This document shows positions 28,347-37,364 of a stretch of DNA of 56,067 bases, one piece after another. Numbering within the stretch: position 1 is the stretch's first letter; the number at the start of each line of letters is the position of its first letter. Both the position numbers and the translations under genes were made by a program. The notes under the pieces are model-generated. The model did no database searches. It saw only the letters and a list, made by a program, of their open reading frames with translations, and was not told the DNA's origin. Source of the stretch: Bdellovibrionota bacterium FG-2 (GTDB taxonomy: Bacteria; Bdellovibrionota; UBA1018); contig JBBCAV010000224.1 of NCBI GenBank assembly GCA_051382305.1, positions 1-56,067 of the forward strand. The letters run 5' to 3'.

Positions 28347-29822
28347 ATGGATACAAACACATCAAAAACAAGAATTCTGTTGGTCTTCGCCCCCGCTTTA
28401 GCGAAAAGCTCTTATGAGTCGCTAGGTGAAAGTTTATGGCCACCTCTTGGCATTTTGTATCTCGCTTCATATTTGCGCCATAAAATCGGCGACGTTGAAC
28501 TGAGAATTGTTGATGGTTGTCAAAAAAGCTACGATGAAACCCTAAAACAAGTCATTGAGTTTAAGCCCGATATTTTGGGAATCTCATTTTATACCACGTT
28601 GGCCGAAGGCGCTGCTCAACTCTCCAAGGATATCCGCGCCACGTTACCCCACTGCTGGGTGGTTCTGGGCGGTCCTCATGCGACGGCACTGCCAATGGAA
28701 ACTCTGCACGATAGTCAAGCGCATATTGTAGTCGTTGGAGAAGGCGAGGAGGTTTTTTACCAAATTGTCAAAACATTCAGGGAAACCCTCGATTTAGAGG
28801 CCTGCTACGCTTTACCCGGAGTCTATTGCTTTGATTCAAAACAAAAACTACAAAGCAATGCCCCGTGCCCCTTTATCAAATCCTTGGATGACATTCCTTT
28901 TCCAGCCTTTGATTTGATCGATTTATCCAAATATCGCGGTTGGTATCTCACAAAACAAAAACCTGAACTCATTATTTTATCCGCCAGAGGATGCCCCTTC
29001 AATTGCATCTATTGCTCAAATGCAGTTTGGAAATCCTCTTCACCGGCGCTAAGAATTCGATCCCCCAAGAATGTGGTTGATGAACTTGAACAACTACATC
29101 ACAAATTCGGCATCAGAGAAGTCTTTGATAATGCGGACGAGTTCAACAACAACATCAAAAATGCGGTCGCAATATGTGAGGAAATTAAGCAGCGCGATTT
29201 AAAAATCACCTGGAAAGCCCAGCTGCGCGCAAAGCCCGTGACAGATGAGTTAGCAGCCGCCATGGCCAGCGCGGGATGCTGGTATGTTCATTTAGGAATT
29301 GAAAGCGGAAATCAAGAAACGTTAGATGGAATCGGCAAGCACATCACTTTGGAAGACGTGGAGCAAGCCTGTCGAACTTTAAAACGGCATGGCATAAAAA
29401 TTCTTGGCCTCTTTATGCTCTATAATGTTTGGGAAAAAGATGGAGAGCTGAAGTTTGAGGATCACAAGGCCAGCTTGAGAACGCTGAATTTCGCGCACAG
29501 TTTAGTCCGTCGCGGACTTCTGGATTATATCAGCTGGTCTGTTACCACACCTTACCCGGGCAGCCACCTTTACTCAATTGCGTTAAAACATAACCTCATC
29601 AGGCCTCAGCTACAAAAAAGCTGGGAGCTTTGGCAAAAAGAAAGTTTGTTTATACTAGATTTGCCGGGCATTTCCCGTTGGCATAAAAGTGTGGTTAAAA
29701 TCAAGGGCGAGTGGATTCGTTTTCTTTGCATCGTAAGAAACTGGGATTTTGGAATTCAAGATTTTCCTTTTCTCCTCAAGCGAGCACTGCACATTGTCGT
29801 GAAAACTTTGTTTGCGAGATAG
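28347..29822 (+). CDS. B12-binding radical SAM protein (class B methyltransferase-like)
   Basis: PPLGILYLAS, GGPHAT, GEGE, RGCPFNCIYC, GIESG, PYPGS. Confidence 0.9.
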   Translation: MDTNTSKTRILLVFAPALAKSSYESLGESLWPPLGILYLASYLRHKIGDVELRIVDGCQKSYDETLKQVIEFKPDILGISFYTTLAEGAAQLSKDIRATLPHCWVVLGGPHATALPMETLHDSQAHIVVVGEGEEVFYQIVKTFRETLDLEACYALPGVYCFDSKQKLQSNAPCPFIKSLDDIPFPAFDLIDLSKYRGWYLTKQKPELIILSARGCPFNCIYCSNAVWKSSSPALRIRSPKNVVDELEQLHHKFGIREVFDNADEFNNNIKNAVAICEEIKQRDLKITWKAQLRAKPVTDELAAAMASAGCWYVHLGIESGNQETLDGIGKHITLEDVEQACRTLKRHGIKILGLFMLYNVWEKDGELKFEDHKASLRTLNFAHSLVRRGLLDYISWSVTTPYPGSHLYSIALKHNLIRPQLQKSWELWQKESLFILDLPGISRWHKSVVKIKGEWIRFLCIVRNWDFGIQDFPFLLKRALHIVVKTLFAR

Positions 29823-29840
29823 GACTCGATTCAGTCCAAC

Positions 29841-30680
29841 TCAGGTACCCGGAATCTCATACTCGACCGTTCCCTCTTGATCCGTCCTGTGAACGTTGAC
29901 GTTCGCATTTCTCAAAATCGTGAGCGCCTCCTCGGTGGGATGGCCGTAGGAGTTTTTGCCCACTTCTATAAAAGCCTCACTCGGCTGCACGCGTGCCATC
30001 CACTCTTCGGTTGTGGCATTTCGAGATCCATGATGCCCCACCTTCAAGACGTCGGCTTTCAAGAAATCACCGAATTGATTAATCATGCGGGTAATCGCTT
30101 CATTTTGGGCGTCACCTTGAAACAAAATCGCCGAATCGTGATAGCTCACGCTAAGCACAATTGAGCAGTTATTGTATTGCACGCCGCCTGACGCGGGCGT
30201 GGGATCTGGACAACCATTCAATACTCGGACTTGCGTCTGATCATCCCAATTCAGTGAATCGCCAGGCCGTGCATAAACGGTCTCGCAGCCTGGTTCCAGC
30301 CGGGCTTTCTCACGAATCGCTTTGGCGCCAGCCACGGAGCTCTCCACCTTAGAATCATAGAAGTGGCCCACCGAAACATGATCAAACACCCAACCCAGTC
30401 CCATGTAATGATCCGAATGAGGATGCGTCATTACCAAGTAATCAATCTTCTTTACCGCGTGCTCCGTTAGAAAACCTGTCACGCTATCGGCCTTGGGGCC
30501 GCCATCAATCAAGACATTTTTCCCGTTGGGCAGCTCAATAAATTCTGCATCCCCCTGCCCCACACTAATAAAGAAGGCTTTGAGCGGCTGGCCGGAGGGC
30601 GAGGATCGTTCCGTGGCCAAAGCCACGGAAAAATTAAAGGCTACAAATAACAGCACCACGAATCGAGCTATTGTTGCCAT
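29841..30680 (-). CDS. Secreted ComEC/Rec2-type metallo-beta-lactamase-fold hydrolase
   Basis: VGQGDA, LIDGG, THPHSDH, NNCS, KVGHHGS, YGHP, RTD; signal peptide; no competence TM domain. Confidence 0.88.
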   Translation of the reverse strand: MATIARFVVLLFVAFNFSVALATERSSPSGQPLKAFFISVGQGDAEFIELPNGKNVLIDGGPKADSVTGFLTEHAVKKIDYLVMTHPHSDHYMGLGWVFDHVSVGHFYDSKVESSVAGAKAIREKARLEPGCETVYARPGDSLNWDDQTQVRVLNGCPDPTPASGGVQYNNCSIVLSVSYHDSAILFQGDAQNEAITRMINQFGDFLKADVLKVGHHGSRNATTEEWMARVQPSEAFIEVGKNSYGHPTEEALTILRNANVNVHRTDQEGTVEYEIPGT

Positions 30681-30738
30681 TGAAGTCTCCCCTTAAGAAT
30701 GCAACACCAAGCAGACTGAGCCGTCCAGGTTTTTCGCA

Positions 30739-31290
30739 TCAAAAGGGCGTCGCGTTAGAACTGCACTGCTCCAAAAAAGGTCTCGAATCATTGGGCAAAA
30801 AGATAATGAATCTAGCATCGATGCCAGGTTGACTCTCGACGCAGGTCTTACCTCCATGTGCCAGGGTGAATCGTTGCACAAGAGCGAGTCCCAGACCCCA
30901 GCCCTTTTGTCCGCTCTTGCGCTCAGAAGAGGATCGGGCCAAGTATTCAAAAATTACCGCTTGATCCTCTTTTTCGATTCCGACCCCGTAGTGATGTACT
31001 TCAATTTTAGTGGTGTCACCGTCTCGTCCCAGAGTGACTGTGATATCCGTGGCGGGCGTACCATACTTGACTGCATTGATGAGCAGGTTCTCAAGACATC
31101 GTTTGATTTCGCTTCGACTCCAATAACCCAAAAACTCCCCTGTTGCCTGTAACTTCAACCGCTCTCCGTAAACCTCGGAGCATTCAACGATCGTCTCTGC
31201 GGCAAGAGTCGCAAGGTCCATTTTTTCGGCCCTCAGCGGAAACGGTTTTCCTGCCTGAATTAGCGTAAAATCCAGGAGATCTTGGGTCAT
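30739..31290 (-). pseudogene. N-terminally truncated histidine kinase (HATPase_c plus end of DHp helix)
   Basis: N-box ENLLINAVKY and G2 GWGLGL present. Upstream in-frame IDRIDRMTQDLLD, then unrelated sequence and a stop; no H-box. Confidence 0.7.
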
Positions 31291-31328
31291 ACGATCGATT
31301 CGATCGATGTAATGAGTACTCCGTTGAT

Positions 31329-31838
31329 ATGCGAGATGAAGGGGGCGTTTCTACCGCCTACTTCAAACTCGTCGAAACCCCGATCAACATAGGCAAAACG
31401 GCCGTCACAGGAGCGGTGGGCAGCATCCCGATTGTGGGGGGACTGCTTGCCGGAGCCGTCACGAGCGAAACGATGTTCGCAATCCTCAGTGAAAAAGCAA
31501 AGGGCGCAGTACCCCACATGGACGGGATTAATGAAGTCGTTCCCATTTCGGTTTTAGATGCTCTTGCAGATGCCTCAAGCAAGAATTCCTCCGCACTCAA
31601 GCGGATGCACAAAGGCACCGTGAAATTCTCTAACGAAAGTAAAGGTCTTGCCTTCCTTGCCTTCCCTGCCATCGACCCCAAGGACGCAGCAACAAATATG
31701 TTCCTCACCCTCCCTGCTGAGCTTCAAAAGATGGCGGACGTAGCACAGATGAAGGGGATCCGAATTATCGTGATCATCCAATACCCGCTCAAAGAAGGCA
31801 AAAAAGGCTTAAACGCAGTCAACATGAAACGGGCCTAA
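31329..31838 (+). CDS. Hypothetical protein (possibly N-truncated)
   Basis: 169-aa ORF with a SIPIVGGLLAG segment; start only 38 bp from the divergent kinase remnant. Confidence 0.5.
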   Translation: MRDEGGVSTAYFKLVETPINIGKTAVTGAVGSIPIVGGLLAGAVTSETMFAILSEKAKGAVPHMDGINEVVPISVLDALADASSKNSSALKRMHKGTVKFSNESKGLAFLAFPAIDPKDAATNMFLTLPAELQKMADVAQMKGIRIIVIIQYPLKEGKKGLNAVNMKRA

Positions 31839-31857
31839 AAACGAAGCATCCAATTCT

Positions 31858-31924
31858 CACTAATAAATTTTCGGGTTTGTTAGGGATTCGGTTGTTTCCT
31901 AACAAACCCGAAAATTCATTAGTG
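31858..31924. repeat. 67-bp palindrome with 27-bp arms
   Basis: cactaataaattttcgggtttgttagg (31858-31884) vs the reverse complement of 31898-31924: 26/27 match, 13-nt spacer; lies between convergent genes. Confidence 0.9.
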
Positions 31925-31972
31925 CCAAGCGGAAACATTTTGTCTAGCGCGCGCCCAACACAAAACTCCGCA

Positions 31973-32542
31973 CTAAGGCAGTCTCACGACAAAACCCGCC
32001 GTCGTCTGATATTCGTTGTTTCGGAGCAAATGAAAATCATTAATAACTGCCACCACATCAGCTGTAAATGCAAACTTTGAGCTGAGCGCGACGCGAAACC
32101 CCGCGCCCCCATAAGGCCTGATTGTAGTGGGCTCCCAAGTCACAATATTATTGGCGCCGGCAATCTCCTCGTGCTTGTTACGCGAGGCCTGCCCCCCCGC
32201 ACGAGCATACAACCTAAGCAAAGAACTCAACCGCAATCCGGAGCGAAGACCGACCTTTGCCCGATCCGCCGTATCTTTGAAAGTAAGCCCCTGGGCATCA
32301 TAAGTTTCAGAATTCGTCCCGCGGGTGTATTCCCCTTCAAGCGAAAGAAGTAAAACGCCAAGAGTCAGTCTTCCGCCGTAAAAAAATCGTTTTGAACTGT
32401 GTTCCGTAGGACGCAGTTTTCGCACCAACTCATAACCGACTAAGGGCTCAATGCCTAACCGCAAGGGTTCCGCTCTCGCGGGAGCCGAAAAACCGACGAC
32501 GACTAAAGCGCAAACAACGAAGGCGAGAGGGTGGAGTTTCAT
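31973..32542 (-). CDS. Small outer-membrane beta-barrel protein
   Basis: Signal peptide (APARA); PYGGAG; beta-strand pattern; ATG 32542. Confidence 0.65.
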   Translation of the reverse strand: MKLHPLAFVVCALVVVGFSAPARAEPLRLGIEPLVGYELVRKLRPTEHSSKRFFYGGRLTLGVLLLSLEGEYTRGTNSETYDAQGLTFKDTADRAKVGLRSGLRLSSLLRLYARAGGQASRNKHEEIAGANNIVTWEPTTIRPYGGAGFRVALSSKFAFTADVVAVINDFHLLRNNEYQTTAGFVVRLP

Positions 32543-32546
32543 TCCT

Positions 32547-33395
32547 CTATTTTGGCCTAAATCCCGTAATCCGCAAGCCCGATATCCGCAAAAAAGATGA
32601 AGCGAGCAATAGCAAAACCGGCAATGCCGTAAAACAAACCACAATAAATGCGCCCGCAGGCAAATCCCAAACGTAACTAAGCCACATCGCGCCAAAACTC
32701 ACGACAAATCCCAAAGCCCAGCCAAAAAACAGTCGCGCTCGAATCGTCTTAAACAACAACGTCCCCACCACAGCAGGTACAATGAGATAGGCAAAAACCT
32801 GCAGGACTCCCGCAAGACTCACTGAAGAGGTAATCACCACCCCAAAAAGGGCATAAAACAAAAAATCCCAAATGGCCGTAGACCCATTGTGTTTTCCAAA
32901 AGAGGCCGCCAGCAATTGCCTTCGAAACACAAAGTGAATTAGGGAAACCACCAAATAGATGGCGCCCGTTTTAATAACGTCGCTCCAAGTGACCCACAAG
33001 ACTTGGCCGACCAGAATATCCTTAATGTGTTCTGCGCCATGGGCCACCCGATCCACGACCAAGACCACCGCCGCCGAAGCCAGGGCATACACGATCCCGA
33101 TGATCGCCTCTTGCGAAAACAGTTTCTCGTGCCTGCGCGCAAGTGCAAAAAGTGCAGCCGCACAAAATGTACACGCCAATGAAATAAAGTAGGTGGCTCC
33201 CGCGTGATGATCAAATCCCAGCAATACCCCAATGGTGGCACCCAATGCTGCGACTTGCGCTAAAGAGAGGTCGACGAAAATCACCCCACGCGCCAACACA
33301 TGTAGTCCCAAGTAGCAGTGAATCCCAGCTAAAATGAGGCACATTACAAAAGGGGCCGCTAAAAATGTAAAGGCCTCGATCCAGTGTTGTGGCAT
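32547..33395 (-). CDS. Metal (Zn/Mn) ABC-type permease, ZnuB-like
   Basis: GLHVLARGVIFVDLSLAQVAALG, QEAIIG, FAYLIVPA. Confidence 0.9.
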   Translation of the reverse strand: MPQHWIEAFTFLAAPFVMCLILAGIHCYLGLHVLARGVIFVDLSLAQVAALGATIGVLLGFDHHAGATYFISLACTFCAAALFALARRHEKLFSQEAIIGIVYALASAAVVLVVDRVAHGAEHIKDILVGQVLWVTWSDVIKTGAIYLVVSLIHFVFRRQLLAASFGKHNGSTAIWDFLFYALFGVVITSSVSLAGVLQVFAYLIVPAVVGTLLFKTIRARLFFGWALGFVVSFGAMWLSYVWDLPAGAFIVVCFTALPVLLLLASSFLRISGLRITGFRPK

Positions 33396-33398
33396 ATA

Positions 33399-34307
33399 TT
33401 ATTTCCCTTCAATCATCTTAATTAGATTTTCGAAAACATTTTCCAATGATTCCATCCCGGGAGCCCCGTCGACAGCGACCGGTACAGTTTCGGTACGCAC
33501 AGTAGGGACTTCTTGTTTGATTTTTTGAGTCACGGTGGGATCAAAATAGTTCTCGACCAAAATCAAGGGCACCTTTTTAGCCTTAATCTCGCCGATCACT
33601 TCCATGACATGCCCACTGGTCGGAGGAATGCCGGGCTTGGGCTCCAAAATCGCGACATTCTGAATGCCAAAACGATCCAAGAAGTACGTCAACGTTTTGT
33701 GATACGTAATCACTTTCTTAATCGTTACTTTTTCTAGGCGCTTCTGCCAGGCTTTCGTTCTTTCCACCATTCGCACCTGAAACGCCTTGGCATTGCTAAA
33801 ATATAAAGCCGCATTTTCGGGGTCCAATGCTCCGAGCCGCTCCGCCATCGCAAACGCGATCTCGCCATCCCGAATGGGGTCCAAGGTCACATGAGGATTA
33901 CCCAAGGGATGGACGTCGCCTTCAGCACGCGTGATCGCGCCTATAGGCAGCTCAAGAGGCTTCACCAAAGGACCCACCTCAAGATACCCCTTCTGCCCCT
34001 GAGTAATGTTGGGGTTTCTCGCCCCTTGGATAACACTGGGCAACCACCCCACTTCCAAATCAAGCCCCACAGAAACGAGAAGATCCGCTCGATTCGCCTT
34101 AAGCATAAAAGAAGGCTTCGCCTCAATAAAGTGAGGATCCTGAGTTCCTTTCGCAATCGACTCAACCGAGATTTTCTCTCCCCCCACCGCCGCGACAAGA
34201 GCACGCAAATCCGTGGTCGAAGTAAGGACGCTGAGCTTCGCATGTGCTTGTGCAATACCCAAAATGCTTGAAGACACAAAAACCGCAACCCATAATAATT
34301 GATTCAT
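33399..34307 (-). CDS. Metal-binding periplasmic protein, ZnuA-like
   Basis: QDPHF, GDVHPLGNPH, TYH, EPKPGIPP. Confidence 0.92.
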   Translation of the reverse strand: MNQLLWVAVFVSSSILGIAQAHAKLSVLTSTTDLRALVAAVGGEKISVESIAKGTQDPHFIEAKPSFMLKANRADLLVSVGLDLEVGWLPSVIQGARNPNITQGQKGYLEVGPLVKPLELPIGAITRAEGDVHPLGNPHVTLDPIRDGEIAFAMAERLGALDPENAALYFSNAKAFQVRMVERTKAWQKRLEKVTIKKVITYHKTLTYFLDRFGIQNVAILEPKPGIPPTSGHVMEVIGEIKAKKVPLILVENYFDPTVTQKIKQEVPTVRTETVPVAVDGAPGMESLENVFENLIKMIEGK

Positions 34308-34319
34308 ATTATTTATTCC

Positions 34320-35402
34320 TTAATAAGCGTGCGCAGGATGCGCCCCAATGCTGATCACATATTGTGCCAATACTGCATAATCAGAATTCACCTTACCTTG
34401 TGTCACTATTTGATCCGCCTGCAACCTCATTTCCGAAAACTCAGAGGGAAAGAACCCTAGCAGCGCACTCGCCTTGTGTTGTGGGAAAAACTCTTCCGAG
34501 TGAGGAATTCCAAGCCACTCCCCTCGCCCCTCGATCCACCAACGTTGCGCAAATTGATACTGAACCCAACTCGCGACCCCGCCTAGACGCCCCGCAAGCA
34601 CCGACCCGCGGGACTGCAGGTATTCAGTCGACCAAATCAACGCCCGATACTTTCCCCCAATCGCTGGGCGCCATTTGAAAGTGAGATCGCCACCCAACGC
34701 ATAGGACGTCGAATTGAACTGATTGTTCCCTTGCACGCCTGATGCGCCCAGTTCCAGAGTCAGATCATCACTGAGATCCCAAAGATTTTTCCAATGTCCG
34801 AGGGAACCCAAACTTCCTGCTGGCTGAACGCCAAAAAAAGTATCATTGGTCGGACTAAAACCCTGCACAACGAATTCTGAATACCAACTCAAGGGTACCA
34901 AAATGGAGGCAGACACCCCCGCCTCATTCAAGCCCTCACTGCCAAAAAGAGCTTGACTCACCAAGGGAGCGTCGACGAAGGCAAACGCATGGGTATGAAG
35001 TTGATTATGTTTGCCCATTGCAAGCTTCATCTTGCCCGCCCGAAAAGTGACAAACGGCAAGGAAATCGTCTCCAAGTAAACTTCCTCGGGACTGATTCCA
35101 AATCCTGCACTCCCTAGATCTTGGGCAATAGAAAACAATGCGCTCGCCCGAAAATAGGGATCGACATCAGAAACAAACTGCAGTTCCGCCTCTTGAAGCG
35201 ATAATCCACGATGAGGGACCTGATTCGGATCCTCTGAAACGTCAGAACCCCAAGCACCCAAACCCAGAAAGTTTGCACTGATATCCGGATTAAAGGCTTT
35301 ACCTCGAACAACAGCCTGATCTACAGCCCAAGAACTACCAAAAACACACGAAGCACTGCTCACAACGATAAGGGCACTCGCCCAACGACGTTGATTAGAC
35401 AT
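34320..35402 (-). CDS. Outer-membrane metal receptor/porin (plug-less), His-containing C-terminus
   Basis: FNPDIS, EAEL...VDPYF, G..NQLHTH, C-terminal GAHPAHAY; SD aggag before ATG 35402. Confidence 0.75.
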   Translation of the reverse strand: MSNQRRWASALIVVSSASCVFGSSWAVDQAVVRGKAFNPDISANFLGLGAWGSDVSEDPNQVPHRGLSLQEAELQFVSDVDPYFRASALFSIAQDLGSAGFGISPEEVYLETISLPFVTFRAGKMKLAMGKHNQLHTHAFAFVDAPLVSQALFGSEGLNEAGVSASILVPLSWYSEFVVQGFSPTNDTFFGVQPAGSLGSLGHWKNLWDLSDDLTLELGASGVQGNNQFNSTSYALGGDLTFKWRPAIGGKYRALIWSTEYLQSRGSVLAGRLGGVASWVQYQFAQRWWIEGRGEWLGIPHSEEFFPQHKASALLGFFPSEFSEMRLQADQIVTQGKVNSDYAVLAQYVISIGAHPAHAY

Positions 35403-35467
35403 TATATTCTCCTGTAGCAGCAAAAAGCCGCCGCGAATTCTAGTACGATAATTGATACATGCCGGAT

Positions 35468-35770
35468 CTAGGCCGAAACAGGAGGGGCTCTGATGCTAGA
35501 AAGAAACAAAGGCTGAGACGAAATCCCAAAGATTTTTGCGATTTCAACGCGGGCGACAAACGGAAGCCACACCTTGTTTACCACCGTGATAAAAACTCCC
35601 GCAGTCTTCATATCTGCGCAAAGGCAAATATCGCAAGCAGAAGAAACGAGGCTCCCTTGAGCATCAGGCTGATCATGCCGAAAATGCTGCGCGCTGTGAA
35701 TAGGGAGGGCCACGCTTTGAAAGCTAGCGCACAATAATACCAAAGATCCGAGAAACCGAAACCAACGCAT
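35468..35770 (-). CDS. DUF2946/CruR-like leader protein (signal/TM, His cluster, CxxC, C-terminal RAPP)
   Basis: MRWFRFLGSLVLL...HSAQHFRH...CDICLC...IRAPPVSA*; immediately upstream of the metal-uptake operon. Confidence 0.75.
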   Translation of the reverse strand: MRWFRFLGSLVLLCASFQSVALPIHSAQHFRHDQPDAQGSLVSSACDICLCADMKTAGVFITVVNKVWLPFVARVEIAKIFGISSQPLFLSSIRAPPVSA

Positions 35771-35833
35771 AAATTCGATTATTCCACGCCGCTTTTTGAA
35801 ACGCAACCCGGCAAGTATTAAGTAACTGCTATA

Positions 35834-37285
35834 CTACGCTGCGCGCCGGATTTCCTCGGTGATGAAGTGAACATGTTCAAACACACGCGCCTCGACAAAG
35901 ATCTTCATCAAAGCTGGATCGAGTTTCCCTGCCCGTACATCTTGATCCAAGATTCTTACCGCCCGCTCCCAGGCTACGGCATGTTTATAGGAACGATCCT
36001 GCGAAGTCAGCGCATCAAAAATATCACAAATCGTTAGAATCCTACTTTGAATCGGAATCTCAGACGAAGGAAGACGACAAGGATACCCGCTCCCATCAAG
36101 TTTTTCGTGATGACGATAGGCAATCTCAGGGACTTGATCCAAGCCCCTACTCCAAGGAACACGTTTTAGAATTTCATAGGTGTGCGATACATGCCGCTCA
36201 ATCTCCACGCGCTCCAGGTTGGTTAGCGAGCCTCTTCCAATAGAGAGTTGCTCTTGTTCCCGAGCATTGAGAACCTCTAGTACATCGCCCTCTTCCGTTC
36301 TCACAATGACTGAGGTGATCCCTTCAAGAACTTTTTCAACGGAAGTAAAAAGCACGTTGGGCTCGTTTGCCGTTTGAATCAGTTTCCAAGAGTTGTCAAT
36401 TTTGTTGATCTCCTCCGAAATATTGCGACCCGTTTGCGATTCTTGTCGCTTGAGCTCCGCACGCATGAGTTTAAGCCGCATATGAATGAGTTCGAGATCC
36501 CAAGGGTAAAGCTTCTTTTCTTTGTTTAGGACATTTTCACGAACCGAGATTTTGCCAATATCATGCAAAACGGCGGCATAACGTAGCTCACGAATTTGAA
36601 GAGGAGAAAACTCGGTGCTTCCGTATTCGCCGGTTTGCGTTCGAGACACCGCCTCGGCCAAGGCCACCGAATACTCCGCCACCCGTTGCGAATGGCCCGA
36701 AGTCACAGGGTCGCGGGCTTCAACGGCGGTCACACACGCTTTAACAAACCCCTCCAAAAGGCGCTCTTGTTCTTCAAGCAAAAGACTGTTTTCAATTGCA
36801 AGCGCAGCCTGCCCAGCCACACAAGATACGAGACGCTCATCGCGCTCATCAAACTCAGGCTCGGCACTGCCTCCTGGAAATGGCAATTTGTTCAAGAGCT
36901 GTACTACGCCCACAAGATCCCCACGAGGCGTCACAAGAGGCGCCGAGAGGATGTTTCTCGTGGTATAGTTCAAAAGCCGATCCACACGCTTTTTGCCGGC
37001 CGCGTCCTTAGAAAATGATTCTTTTTGAGAACAACGAGTTTGGGCCGTCCGCCCCACAAGTGAAGACTCATCGATAGGAAATTTCAAATAGCTCACTTCT
37101 TCTGGCACTTGATGGAGTCGAATGCTTCGTGTGATCATGGACTCGAAAACGAGGTACTCCACGCCTCTCGCATCTTTATGCAAAGTAAAGATCGAGCCCC
37201 CATCGCAGCCACACAAATCAATGAAAGAGCCTAAGATTGTCTGCAATAGTTTAGGCAGATCTGTCCCGGAAGTTTCCACAAGCAA
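35834..37285 (-). CDS. GAF + HD-GYP phosphodiesterase
   Basis: GAF (Y.TRNILSAPL..GVVQLLNK), GHSQRV, HDIGK, HHEKLDGSGYP. Confidence 0.9.
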   Translation of the reverse strand: MLVETSGTDLPKLLQTILGSFIDLCGCDGGSIFTLHKDARGVEYLVFESMITRSIRLHQVPEEVSYLKFPIDESSLVGRTAQTRCSQKESFSKDAAGKKRVDRLLNYTTRNILSAPLVTPRGDLVGVVQLLNKLPFPGGSAEPEFDERDERLVSCVAGQAALAIENSLLLEEQERLLEGFVKACVTAVEARDPVTSGHSQRVAEYSVALAEAVSRTQTGEYGSTEFSPLQIRELRYAAVLHDIGKISVRENVLNKEKKLYPWDLELIHMRLKLMRAELKRQESQTGRNISEEINKIDNSWKLIQTANEPNVLFTSVEKVLEGITSVIVRTEEGDVLEVLNAREQEQLSIGRGSLTNLERVEIERHVSHTYEILKRVPWSRGLDQVPEIAYRHHEKLDGSGYPCRLPSSEIPIQSRILTICDIFDALTSQDRSYKHAVAWERAVRILDQDVRAGKLDPALMKIFVEARVFEHVHFITEEIRRAA

Positions 37286-37364
37286 TCTATCGGTAGATCA
37301 AAGGAGGAACTGAACAGAAACTGAACACACACTAGGGAGATCAATCCGCCAAACGCTTGACAGT

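Noticed and set aside
32543-32695. Cys-rich N-terminal extension of the beta-barrel ORF
   Set aside because: It overlaps the permease in another frame; the real start is ATG 32542 with SD and signal peptide.
35443-35458. Fur/Zur box before the metal receptor
   Set aside because: GATAATTGATAC resembles only a half site and dyad symmetry is poor.
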